From: Selaginella moellendorffii
Lineage: Eukaryota; Plantae; Lycopodiophyta
Length of the DNA stretch: 64,000 bases
Assembly: GCF_000143415.4 (NCBI RefSeq)
Contig: NW_003314318.1
Span: 496,001-560,000 of the forward strand
Direction of reading: 5' to 3'
Positions within the stretch are counted from its first letter, which is position 1; the number at the start of each line of letters is the position of its first letter. The translations under genes were made by a program, and so were the position numbers. Of this stretch, positions 1 through 11,305 are shown one piece after another. Under the pieces are notes generated by a model. The model was not told the origin of the DNA and ran no database searches. It worked only from the letters and a program-made list of their open reading frames with translations.

Positions 1-1148
1 AAAAAGATTGAAGCCAATTCAATTCCATAACCATTTCTTTCTGGTCTCAGGTACCTGTCCTCCATCCAGGCCACACTGTAAAGATCTCCGATGCAAGTAT
101 CATACTCTGGCGGTGGAGAAGGCTCCATTCCTGGACAGTAGGTTCCCCAGCTGCTTTCAACAGCGTTGGATGCCGTCGTCACGAAGATGTTTAAGTTTTT
201 TGGAAGTAATCCCTCAAAGATGCTGCCACTCTCACAAGCTTCAATGTAAAGCACCTGTGATCACAAACACGTCGTCAGAACTTCCCCGTTCCAACATAAA
301 GCCAAGCATACCATTTCCTTGTACTTATTATTGTCGTGCATATCTTTGAGAGTTGTGACCAAATCAACAGCATATAAATACGGAGTGACCGGCATACCTG
401 CGTAGCATGTTTCAAGTATACCGAAAGAAGAAAAGAATGAAGCTGTGCCTTACCAAGTACGCCAGGACCCCCATGATCCGAGTAGAACACAAAGATATGA
501 TCATTTGGACCACTTTCCACAACTTTTCCACTGCCGCCTTGAAGAGCTTCTTTATCCCCGCGAAGGACTGCCAGAAAATTGTTCACTGTGACTTGATCTC
601 CAGTGTAGTCCTGTAGTGGAAAAAATAAAGAACAGGCCTTTTAGTGTTCTGGAAGTTGTCTATTAGAATGAAAGAGATTGTTCTCACATTTGGAACACCC
701 TCATAAACGTTGTCTCCATTGGGGTGATTTATCATGACTCCAGGCCGGGGATTCGCAAAGTTATTCGCGATGTCGTCATACATAAACACCACTATATTCT
801 CTTCTCTCATACCTCCCCTCCTCAAGAGTTGATACGCATGGCAAACATCCGCCTGGAATTTTTTTTTCCAAAACATTAGAGCTAGATCCTCGAGAAGAAC
901 AAGAAAAGAAAGTTCTAATAATACTAGAGCCAAGATTTCTTTGATCGCTAAGTTACCTGGTGTCTGTAATTCCAATATCCAGCTGAGCCAGCGATTAGAA
1001 CAGCCCATCGCGTGCCACGGGGGGATTGATCCTCCAAGAACTCGTCGCTTGCACTCGAATCCCTCTTCCACTCGAATTTTCTCGCAGCGCAGGCCTGCTG
1101 CGTAAGAATCAGCAACCAGAGGACGCATTCCAGACGAAATCGCCCCAT
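1..1148 (-). CDS. VPE: Vacuolar processing enzyme / legumain (peptidase C13), 5' part; gene runs off the window start
   Basis: Spliced exons give a signal peptide, then [18 protein letters not shown]|[10 protein letters not shown]...[12 protein letters not shown] and the catalytic His motif [14 protein letters not shown]; ATG at 1148. Confidence 0.95.
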
Positions 1149-1648
1149 TCCCGCCCGAGCGCTCTCGAAATCTAGACCTAGTAAGCTAGGAGGAGGAGAT
1201 GTGGATGCGATTACGCGCGGAAACAATCGATCGCTGTGATCTTGACACGCATGGTGCCAACGCGCGCTTATTGAGGAGCCATGCAATGCAAGACGATAAA
1301 ATATTGCCACTCCCGGGCCCTAAACAAAGAAAAAGAAGAGTGAGAGAATAGAAAGATCTGGATTCCTCGTCCTTCTGCGCAAAGCGCCAGCGCCATCGCC
1401 AAGGCTTTCCATTTTCGCCAAATGTTACGTGTCACTTCCAGCGGCACCCACGTGTCCCATGCAAATAGGGCTTACGTGGCACCACCATAGCCAGCCACGC
1501 CGCTTGACGTAAAACAATCGGTTCGATTCCCGGGTCCCTACAAAGTCGGTCTGGTCAGTCACTCCAATCACTTTCTACAAGGGAAGGAAACCAGGAGAAG
1601 CAACCAATGCTTACCTCTCATTGAAAGGATATCATGTCGTCAGTGGCT

Positions 1649-2943
1649 TTAGATCTTGTAGACTTTGTAGCCATCGTCGGGATTTTTCATTCCGTCCTCC
1701 CAGTCGCCAAATTTGTTACCGCCAAACACGAGCAGCTTCATGCCGACATGGCTACGCAATGATAGGAAAAAAAAAAGGTTTTTTCTTATCGAGAGGCATA
1801 AATCTAGTGAGACTTACTCGGAGCTTACAGCAGACAAGGAATTTATGATCACATCCCACGCAAGCGGGTCGGAAGTTCCCAGATCGACCCTGTTTTGTTG
1901 GAAAGAAAGATTTTTTAGATCGTAATAGAAACTTCCGAGATTTACCAGACTCTTCCGATAGTGTCTTGGTACTCTATATCGCCAATGTTGTGGAAGTAAG
2001 CTGGCAAGGATTGCTTGGCTAGTTCCGGGGAGTACTTGGGTGGTGCTTCTACTGGCAACTTCGTCAGCTGAGAAAAATCGCCAAAAAACACACAGTGAAC
2101 AAACTTTTTTGTATCATTGCTCTTACTTGCATGTTAAGGGTGTTGAAAGCTCCCAGCTTGCCAAGAATGTACCATGATCTAAAGACCTGGATTGCCACTT
2201 AAGAATCACACTTTAATTATCTTAAAGTGAACTTACGCCTCCGATGATGTCCAAGTCCTTTTCTGTTGGCGCACCACACAGCTCGAACCAAATAAATGCT
2301 CCCGCTGGATCGAAGCTGTGTTGACAATTACAGTAAACAAAAATGAGCGAGAAAGAACTATGGAAACGTACTCTCGGAACTGTACTTCCAGAGGTATAGC
2401 AGTACCAGTCTTCGGAGTAAAGAGGTCATTTCCTTTCCGGAGTACCCTGTCCCTCAACTATAAAGAAAAGAGAAAAGAGGATAAAACAAGACAAAAGAGT
2501 GAATGAATTCTTTCCGTGGAAAAGTGCTCACCCGTTTTTCCATCTCCTCTGGATTGCCAAGGCTGTCACCTAGAATCTCCCGAACTTCATCGTCATTGCG
2601 AGCTTGATCTTCAAAAATCCTGGCAGCAAAGGAAATACATAGCATTTGTCAGCACAAACACGAAGGAATGAGCAAACCTTGCCCATTCGGGGTATGTGGA
2701 GGCTTCCTTCTCCTTGCGAGCTTGCTTCTCATACCTTACTTTCTCCAGCCTCTTTGCCCTCGCGCCGCCCTCCTTGAATCCTCCTCCCTGATCGCCCTCG
2801 TCCGTGGCATCGATGTCGCTCAAATCAGCCCCAACAGCGCAAATGCGAGCGCCGATCCTGCGCCGTCGCCACTGGCATTTTTTCGCCTGGACTGGCAGCG
2901 GCCGCCATAGCCTCGGCGGCGAGAGCCAGCAACAAGAAGCCAT
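1649..2943 (-). CDS. Chloroplast-targeted DUF3531-family protein (multi-exon)
   Basis: Transit-peptide-like N-terminus; hand-joined exons give EVQFR..FIWFEL..VFRSWYILGKLGAFNTLNMQ..YFHNIGDIEYQD..VDLGTSDPLAWDVIINSL..LLVFGG..DWE, matching my recollection of the cyanobacterial/plant DUF3531 consensus; TAA at 1649-1651. Confidence 0.8.
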
Positions 2944-3151
2944 AGCTAAAACCCTGGACCCTAAAATTTAAATTATGGCGGTAAGTTTTAATTTGCAAAA
3001 GGAAGGTCGCGCGTTCGAATTGCCCTGGCTCTCCTTCGTCCGGATAAGATCCATCACTACCAGGTATGGCGCTCTCTTTCTTTTTCTCTCGATCTTCTGT
3101 CTCTCTCCGGTCGATCGTCCTACCTAGGGTATTTCGCGTTCAGCGTCGGGC

Positions 3152-4098
3152 ATGGAGGCAGTGTCAACGATTTCGAGGCCGCATTGCGGTGAGTCGGCGC
3201 AGCCGAGGCGATTGGAAAGCTCGTTTCTAGGGAAATTTAGGTCGCCGGCGATGGATCGGGCGGCCATAGCGAGCAGCGAGCGATCTTTGCAAGTCTTGAC
3301 GATTGAAGCGTCTAAGAGGAAAGGGCCGATGCGGAGGATGCAGCAGCAGCAGCAGATGCAGCAAAGATCACTCCCGAAAGTCCCAGCGGCGGAGGACGAC
3401 AATCCGCGATTCGTGATCTTCATTCGCAGTAAGAACGTAAGCTCACGATCGATCGCTCTCTTTTCTGGTTTCTTGCTCGTTCTTTGGAATCTAATACTTT
3501 CTTCCAGGTTCCACTTTGGTACCCTTTAAACATTGTCTCGGGAGGAAATGCGGCAAAATTCATGGTGGGAGTCACTAAGAACGAGTGGGGAAAGAAGATC
3601 TATGGCAACAGCTTGACAAACAACATCGGTGCCGCTGTTTACAAAGTAAGCACGCCGATCGGAAAGATCGGACTGAAACAAACATCGGCTTTGGAAATTC
3701 ATAACGATGGTTTCTTAGATGTGACCAGGACGAGGAGAAGATCATTGCCTCGGTGGTGAAGACCTACCCCACGCTGAAAACAGCGAAGGAGTTCCAGTTT
3801 GGTTACAAGCTCGTGGTAAGTGCTCAGATTGTTCTCGAGCTCGATCACACTGCTTCGATCGTCACAAATCTCTTGCTTCTTGAAACAGGACGAAGAGAAA
3901 GCCAACGAAGCTCTCCGGCCTGTGGATGTCACTCTGGTCAGGATCTCACTTATTTTTTCCTCTCGCCAAAGTTCTAAGCTTTTTTTCTTGTTCTTGATCC
4001 AGATTCCTCCCAAAGAGGAGCTCAAGCCCATCACAGAGAAGGTCACCGACTTCGTGGGAAAGGGCATGGACAACTTGAAGAGCTCCCTTGGCCTCTAA
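3152..4098 (+). CDS. HHL1: HYPERSENSITIVE TO HIGH LIGHT 1 homologue (thylakoid PSII repair protein)
   Basis: Exons give EDDNPRFVIFIR..WYPLNIV.GG..AKFMV..KDEEKI..TAKEFQFGYKLV..IPPKEELK; GT-AG introns; transit peptide. Confidence 0.85.
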
Positions 4099-4191
4099 AA
4101 TTTTCAAACCGCCAGAATATTCTCACAATCTCCCGCGAGTTTTTCAACGGCCTGGATCTCTCTCGTCACGAGCGGCTGGGATTTCGACCTA

Positions 4192-4235
4192 ATTAGGGTT
4201 TAGGGTTTATGGCGGCTGGGAGAGGGCTTTATAAG
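4192..4235 (+). promoter_or_regulatory. Telo-boxes plus TATA box, probable promoter of the downstream snoRNA cluster
   Basis: attagggttttagggttta at about 4192-4210 and tttataa at about 4228, 50-90 nt upstream of the predicted snoRNAs; telo-box plus TATA is typical of plant snoRNA and ribosome-biogenesis promoters. Confidence 0.6.
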
Positions 4236-4284
4236 GATGCGCGAGAACGAAGGGTTTTTGCGTGGACGGACTCACAATCTAGAA

Positions 4285-4467
4285 GTGGAGCGGCTTGTTT
4301 TGGTGTCGTAAGGTCCACGGTGGGTCGCCACAGATTGATTCACTGCGCTTGTTGATGATCGCCCTCTCGGGGGTGGGATTCCGAGCGGCAGCTATCACAT
4401 ATTCCATTGCCATGGGGAGCGGCTATGCCGCGATTACCTCTTTGGACAGACCATGTGATAAACATCC
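4285..4467 (+). ncRNA. Box H/ACA snoRNA, U17/snR30-like (18S rRNA processing)
   Basis: 5' hairpin (gtggagcggctt/gggtcgccac), hinge AGATTGA, internal hairpin (ctgcgcttg/cgagcggcag), 3' hairpin with basal stem tatcac/gtgata enclosing m1-like ATATTCCA (4399-4406) and m2-like AGACCAT (4448-4454), then ACA at 4462-4464 plus 3 nt. Confidence 0.75.
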
Positions 4468-4504
4468 CCCAAACTACTCTTCCTCTCTCTCTCGATTCTC
4501 TAGT

Positions 4505-4587
4505 GCAAGTGATGATCTTTCATCTTTTTCGCATCCATTCGCTATCAGAGAAATCTGTGCTGAGCCCGAGATGAAATGGTCTGATGC
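4505..4587 (+). ncRNA. Box C/D snoRNA candidate, target not assigned
   Basis: C box GTGATGA 4509-4515, D box CTGA 4581-4584, terminal stem gca/tgc, internal CTGA at 4560, internal stem tttcatct/agatgaaa; lies about 40 nt after the H/ACA RNA. Confidence 0.65.
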
Positions 4588-4783
4588 TCTGAATGAATGG
4601 AACCTTTGTTGTGTTTGAAGGATTTCTCCGAAAAACAAACCAAGAACATCCGTGAGCAAACCAACTAAACTTTACACTTTACAACCAAAAATCACAAAAA
4701 AATACCGAATGGATGAACTTTATGGTGGCAAAAGAAGCAAAACGAATTGTCTTTTTCCATTTTCTTCGTAAATAATCTCATTC

Positions 4784-7027
4784 TCAGTAGCTGCGTCCCC
4801 AGAGAGCCCACTTCTTTGCAGGTTTTTCCGAAGCAAAGCACTTGGTCCCTGAGAAAAAAGAAAGAATTAATCGCGAAAACCAGCGCCGAGGAATCGTGAT
4901 ACCTTCTGGGAGATCTGGCTGATCGAGAGGCATGCATAGCGTCTTGGCAGCTCCACTCTCTCCTTTGGTTCTGGCCTTGACGTCCTCTTCTACTTTCTGC
5001 CAAATATCAAACAATCGTGTAAGGAAATGTAAATGCAACGTTCTTGTAACTCACCTCTTCGTCACACCATGGAGCGAGCACCATCTTCTTATCGTCCAGG
5101 GCCTTCATAAACTCCTTCCAAGTGTACGCCTTGACGATGCAATCGTCCCTCTCTTTGCGAGCCTTTTCTAGCAGCTGGAGTTGGATCTCTTCCAAAAGCT
5201 CGCTGATACGGTCGACGATCTTGTCCATTGGCACATCTTCTTTAGCGCCAGTATCCCGCCTCACAACACGGACCTGTAACAAAAGAACCAAGTTCTCACT
5301 AGAACAAAAGAAGTGAACATACCTGACTGTTTGCTAGATCTCGAGGACCAATCTCAACTCTCAAAGGGACGCCTTTGAGCTCCCAATTCGAGTATTTCCA
5401 ACCCGGCGAATAGTTGTCTCTCGTATCCTCCTTCACTCTCAGTCCAGCGGCTTTAAGCTGGCGAGCTGTGCTAGCGGCGGCGTCAAAAAGCTTCTGTGTG
5501 TCCACGTCCTTGTAAGGCACTGGAATTATGATAACCTGTACTGGAGCGACGCGAGGAGGGAGCACCAGACCCTTGTCATCTCCGTGTACCATGATCATGA
5601 CGCCAATCTTACATGTAGCAATCAAACACCAAGTCAAGAATCAAGTGGAAAAAGAAGAAAAACTGCTTACTGTTCGAGTAGTCAGACCCCACGAATTCTG
5701 CCAAACTTTCTTACGCTCACGCTTCTCGTCCTCAAAAACAATGTCGAACATTTCCGCAAAGTTCTGGCCTAAGCAATGCGAGGTAGCACCCTGGATTCCA
5801 CGACCAGTGAGCGGAATAAATGCCTGGAACAAACAGCAACAGTTGAATAAGTTCAGGCTTCGAATCAGAATTTTTACCTCCACAGTCGTCGTGTAGAGTC
5901 CACCCGCGAACTTCTCGACTTCACTCTTCACCCCCTTGATGACGGGGATAGCGAGTAATTCCTCGTACACTCTTCGATAGAGATCAAGCACCGCATACAC
6001 TTCCTCATCCGCTTCTTCCTTGGTTGCATAAGCGGTGTGGCCTTCTTGCCAAAGAAACTCACGACTCCTGAAAAGAGAATTACGTATCATCTCAGAAAGA
6101 GAATCGAGGAGAAGCTACCTTATGAAAGGAGTTGGGTGCTTAAACTCCCAGCGAACCACGTTACACCACTGGTTGATCTTGAAAGGAAGATCTCTGTGAC
6201 CCCGAATCCTCTTAGCAAAAATGGGGTACATCACGGTTTCGCTGGTTGGACGGATGGCTATAGGGACTTCCAGAGCCGATTCTCCCGACTTTGTCACCCA
6301 TGCAACCTGGAAAACTGGATCATAGCATCGAGAAAAAAATAGTCGCGGATCTACCTCAGGAGCAAATCCCTCTACGTGTTTTTTTTCCGTGACAAGCGCT
6401 CTCTCGGAAACAAACAGTGGGAAGTACGCATTTTCCACTCCTAGATTTTTAATCTCCCCATCAAGAAAACGCTGTAAAAAGGAGAGAAGAAATAAAGTTA
6501 CGCTTTGCGATGAAAATCTAAGATCATTGACTTGCCTGGATCGACTCCCAGATCGCGTAAGACCATGGAAGAAGAATGTAGCAGCCGGAGATATCATAAT
6601 ACTCGATCATATCACCCATGACAACCACCTATGAATCGTTGAAAAGATAAAATCAAAGCTCTCCCGAGATCCAACCTAGTAATGCGCTTACCTCGCTATA
6701 CCACTCCCCGAAATTCTCCCCTTTCTTCACTGTGAGGCCAAGCCCGGTCTCCTTCTTCCCCTCCTTCTTGGCTGCAAGGCGCTCGAGACTAAGAAAGAAG
6801 CGCATTCGCGAAAAACTTTGCTTACCAGCTACTGGCACCTGCGATGGCTTCTTCTTCTCCTTCTTCTCCTTTTTCTTCGCCTCCACTGGCGCCATCGCCT
6901 CCGTCGCCTCCATTGGCGCCTTGGCCTCCGTCGCCTCCATTGGCCGCAACGCAAGAACCCTAAATCTCTGTAGAGGTTTAGCCAGGCGATTAAAGCCGCT
7001 AGACCTTAAGCCCGAAGAAACGAACAT
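4784..7027 (-). CDS. Prolyl-tRNA synthetase, eukaryote/archaeal type (multi-exon)
   Basis: Motifs [74 protein letters not shown] and C-terminal WALWGRSY; start is either ATG 7027 or ATG 6940. Confidence 0.95.
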
Positions 7028-7257
7028 TCTTGGATTTGAAAAAGAGGCCCTAGAGAACAGGGACGTCTTAGCACCCGTGACAGCGCCAGGGTTTTCAGAG
7101 CGCGGCGCGTAAATTCCATCCATGCTAGCTGTTCTCACAAGTTCCTGCCTCGCACTGGGAGGTAGAATCCAAAAATCCTCGCTACTTGCCAGTGCGCCGG
7201 GACGAAGATCATCACTCCATCTTTTCGACCAGCAGCAATCGATCGAGCGTCGCTGCG

Positions 7258-8774
7258 ATGCAAGAATCCAGGCAGGAGGAGGGCCGGGATTTCGAAATAT
7301 TTCCGGCCATGGCGGTGGATGAGCAAGAACAGGACGATCCAGGGCCCCGGCAGTCCAAGATCACGGCCGAGCTGATCGTCAATCTCGAAGATCCCGTCCT
7401 CGTCTATCCGAAATCCTCGCAATCGAGCCACCAGGTCTTGTATCTCTCGCATCTCGATCGCCAGGCGCCGCTCTTCATGTATAGCTTGTATTTCTATCGC
7501 GCCGGCGGCGATAGCGGCGTCTTCAATCGCCTCCGCGACGCCATGGAGCGCAATCTCGTGCCGCATTTCCCCGCGGCGGGCAGGATCAGGTATGGCGAAT
7601 CCGGCGAGCCGGAGCTCCACTGCGGGGATCAGGGCGTGGTGCTCGTGGAGGCCTCCACCGGCGCGAGGATCGACGATTTCGGCGATATGCGCGACGCGAA
7701 TCAGGAATTCGAGAAGTTCGTGTACAAGATCCCGCCCAGCTCCGACACCGCTTTGATCGTGGCCCAGGTAGAAATGTCGTGTTCTTGGTGTTCTTCACGA
7801 TAGATCCATGGCTGGCTTTCCAGGTGACGCGATGTGGGTGTGGAGGCTTCGTGATTGGATTTGGATCCAGGCACGAGCTCTTCGACGGGCTGAGCGCGCT
7901 CCATTTCCTCTCGGATTGGGCGGCGCTGGCGAGAGGAGGGGTAGAAGAGATCGAGCCGCCCTGTCAGGACCGCCAGCGCCTCCGTCCCAAGATCAAGGCG
8001 GAAGAGCCCGACCGCGCGATCGATCTCAGCGAGCTCTACCGCGAGAGGTTCCAGGGGATTCCACTGCTCCGACCGGGTAGCGCCAGCGCTGCCGAATCGA
8101 TCGAGGAGTATTTGGGTGCTCGGCACAAGTGCCGCGTCAGGGCCTTGAGCATCAGCGACGAGATGATCCAGCGATTGAAGGCCAGGGCGATGGATCGCGA
8201 CGAGGGCAGCGCTCTCTCCTCGTGCACCACATTCGAGGTCCTCGCCGCGCACGCCTGGCTCGCGCGGATCAAGGCCCTGGAGATCGGCGATGGCGAGCGC
8301 GCGCTGCTGGAATTCACCGTCAACACGCGGCCGAAGATCGATCTCCCGCACCGATTCATGGGCAACGCATTCATCATGGCCTACTCCAACGCCGCCGCGG
8401 GGGATCTCCTCTCGGCGCCATTCCACGCGGTGGTGGGCGCGATCCAGAGCGCCAAGGCGAGCGTCACCGAGGACTACATCTGGGGATCGATCGACGCTCT
8501 CCGGGCGGCGCACAGCGCCAAGGGATCGTCCGGGCTGCTGCCATCTTTCCGGCAGACGACGATCGTGTCAGATTGGACAAGGTTCTCGTTCGATCAGCTG
8601 GATTTCGGGTGGGGCGCCGCGGCATTCGCGACGCCCGTCGCGATGCTGCTGCCAGACGTGCTGTTCTTGCTGCGGGATGGGATGGATAAGCGCCGGATTT
8701 GCCTCAAGCTCGGGCTGATGCCACACACCATGGAGAAATTCGAGAAGAACTTCTATGATCTGGGCCTGTCATGA
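7258..8774 (+). CDS. BAHD-family acyltransferase (one intron at about 7768-7822)
   Basis: LSHLD, HFPAAGR, AQ|VTR across the conserved Q-intron, catalytic HELFDG (HxxxD) and DFGWG motifs. Confidence 0.92.
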
Positions 8775-8844
8775 TGATCCCAAGCGTACGGTAGATCACT
8801 GATTGTCATGCCGTACGAGTTCTTCATCAAAATTATATCATGGA

Positions 8845-11070
8845 ATGAAACGCAGTGACTGCCTTGGCTTGATCCAGGAATGCCGCAGCATCACGGTCGC
8901 AAGGGAGCTCCACAAGCGCATCCAATCGGCGATCCATGCCACTGATCTCTTTCTCCTCAACAAGCTCATCGAGATGTATGGCCGGTGTGGAAGTGCCGAG
9001 GATGCGCGGCTCGTCTTTGATTCCATGGCCACAAGGGATTGTTTCTCCTGGGATCTCATGCTCACAGTCTACTGCAAGAACCGCAAGATCGATCAAGCCA
9101 GGGAGATATTCCACTCGATGCCAGGCAGGAATCTCGTCTCTTGGAACTCTCTTCTTACTGCATATGCCAAATCTGGGCATCTGGATGAAGCCAAGGCGTT
9201 GTTTGATGCGATGCCGCAGAGAAATTTGGTGTCCTGGACGACAATGCTGCTAATCTTTACACAACACGGCAGAATCGAGTTATCAAAAACTATGTTCGAT
9301 GAAATGCCTGCGAAAGATTTGGTGGCCTGGACCGCGATGGTGGTTGCTTATGCCCAAACTGGGCATTTTGAGAAAGCGAGATTGATGTTTGATACAATGC
9401 CTGCTAGAAATCTCGTCTCTTGGAATGGATTACTCTCGGCTTTTTCACAGAACGGGTGTTTTAACCAAGCAAAGGAGATGTTCTTGACAATGCCTGAGAG
9501 GGATATCGTCTCGTGGAGTGCCATGCTTGCTGCATATGCCCAGAACAGGCATCTGGAGGACGCTGTAAGGATCTTTGCCGATATGCCAGAGACGAATCTA
9601 GTGTCTTGGAACGCAATTCTGTCGGCTTACAGTCACAATGGAGACGTGGAGAGACCAAAGTTAGCATTCAGTAAGATGCCAGAGCACGACATAGTGTCTT
9701 GGAGCGCTCTCCTCGCAGCATTTGCCCAGGCCGGGTATTTGGAAGATGCCAAGATTGTGCTGGATACAATGCCCGAGAAGAATCTTGTAGCGAGCAATGT
9801 GATGCTTTCGGCTTACGTCCAAGCTTGTCGAGTTGAGGATGCCAAGAGCTTATTCGATGGATTGTCGGAGAGGAGTATTGTGTCGTGGAATGCGATGTTA
9901 GGTGCGTATGCTCAGTCTGGAGACATGGAAAGGTTGAAAGAGCTGCTGGATCAGATGCCGCTCCACAACTTGATCTCGTGGAACACTTGTCTCAGCGCTT
10001 TTGCTCAGCACGGGCAGCTCAAGAACGCGAAGAGATTGTTCTCGGAGATGGTCGATCGAGACATAGTTTCGTGGAGCATCATGCTGGGAGCTTATGCCCA
10101 GACCGGCTTCGTGGGCGAGGCCGAGGAGATCTACAACACAATGCCGCAGAGGAATCTGGTGTGCTGGAATTCGATGCTCTCGGGATATGGCGAGAGCGGG
10201 CAACTGAGCAAAGCGAAGCAGCTCTTCGACGAGATGCCGGAACGAGATATCGTCTCGACGAGCGCCATGGTGGCTGCGTATTCTCGCCTGGGATTCGTGG
10301 AAGAGGCAAAGCACGTCCTGGACACGATGCCGCAGCATAACTCGGTATCGCTCAACACCTTGCTCGACGCTTACACTCGAAACGGCCACCTCGAGCTCGC
10401 AGTGGAGATGTTTCACGCAAGAATGCCACAGCGGGACGTGGTGGCCTGGAGCATTATGCTGGTTTTGTTCACACATCTCGGCGGCCATCTCCGGGAAGCA
10501 AAGAGGCTTTTTGATGGCATGCCCGAGCGAGACTCCATCGCTCACAGCGTCATTCTCTCGGCCTACGCTCACAACGCCGCTCACTTCCACGCGGCTTGCT
10601 CCATTTTCTACGAGACAAAGCTCGCAGCGATGGCGGACGGAGCCGGCTTTGCAGCGGTGATCGCTGCTTGCAGCCACGGAGGCAAAGCTTTCGTGGGAAG
10701 GGACTTGTTCGTGTCGATGGTGGCAGATCACGGCGTGAAGCCGAGTAAGCAGCACTACTCGTGCCTGGTCGATCTCCTAGCTCGCTCAGGATATCTAGTC
10801 GACTGCCAGGACCTCATAGCTCATATGCCCTTCGTCCCGGACGCTCTCGAGTGGACGTGCTTGCTCGCGGCTTGTTGCACGCTCGGCGGAAGCAGTGTGG
10901 AGATCGGGGCTCGAGCAGCAGGGTCTCTGGTGGAGATGGACGCTGGTAGCGCTCAAACTTTTGTGCTGCTCGCAAACTTGCGCTCGTGGTCAGGGGAGAG
11001 AGAGAACTTAACCAGAAGAGGTGGACCACTTCTGACCTCACGAGGTCAAAAAGTCAATGAAAGTCAATAG
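8845..11070 (+). CDS. PLS-class pentatricopeptide repeat protein with a long array of 31-aa S-type repeats and a C-terminal E-like region, no DYW domain
   Basis: Intronless; repeats like NLVSWNSLLTAYAKSGHLDEAKALFDAMPQR; HYSCLVDLLARSG and MPFVPD..W..LL.AC tail. Confidence 0.92.
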   Translation: MKRSDCLGLIQECRSITVARELHKRIQSAIHATDLFLLNKLIEMYGRCGSAEDARLVFDSMATRDCFSWDLMLTVYCKNRKIDQAREIFHSMPGRNLVSWNSLLTAYAKSGHLDEAKALFDAMPQRNLVSWTTMLLIFTQHGRIELSKTMFDEMPAKDLVAWTAMVVAYAQTGHFEKARLMFDTMPARNLVSWNGLLSAFSQNGCFNQAKEMFLTMPERDIVSWSAMLAAYAQNRHLEDAVRIFADMPETNLVSWNAILSAYSHNGDVERPKLAFSKMPEHDIVSWSALLAAFAQAGYLEDAKIVLDTMPEKNLVASNVMLSAYVQACRVEDAKSLFDGLSERSIVSWNAMLGAYAQSGDMERLKELLDQMPLHNLISWNTCLSAFAQHGQLKNAKRLFSEMVDRDIVSWSIMLGAYAQTGFVGEAEEIYNTMPQRNLVCWNSMLSGYGESGQLSKAKQLFDEMPERDIVSTSAMVAAYSRLGFVEEAKHVLDTMPQHNSVSLNTLLDAYTRNGHLELAVEMFHARMPQRDVVAWSIMLVLFTHLGGHLREAKRLFDGMPERDSIAHSVILSAYAHNAAHFHAACSIFYETKLAAMADGAGFAAVIAACSHGGKAFVGRDLFVSMVADHGVKPSKQHYSCLVDLLARSGYLVDCQDLIAHMPFVPDALEWTCLLAACCTLGGSSVEIGARAAGSLVEMDAGSAQTFVLLANLRSWSGERENLTRRGGPLLTSRGQKVNESQ

Positions 11071-11305
11071 CAGTCAATAACATTCTTCAAAGACTATGTT
11101 TGACCATTGACTTTGAGCTCAACTCATAAAGAGTTTCACATTTGAGACTCACAACTATGAAATACTTACCATTGCAGCATTTACCATTTTAACTGTTGCT
11201 CTTGATAACACGACGTAAAAGTTGCCGTGCATGGGCAATTGCAGGAAATGATGAAACCTCAGACTCAACAAACAGTGAAAAGATAATTTCAAGAGTAAGA
11301 TTTTC

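Noticed and set aside
1515-1540. GGTTCGATTCCC B-box-like motif suggesting a tRNA
   Set aside because: No acceptor stem, D-arm or anticodon arm can be folded around it
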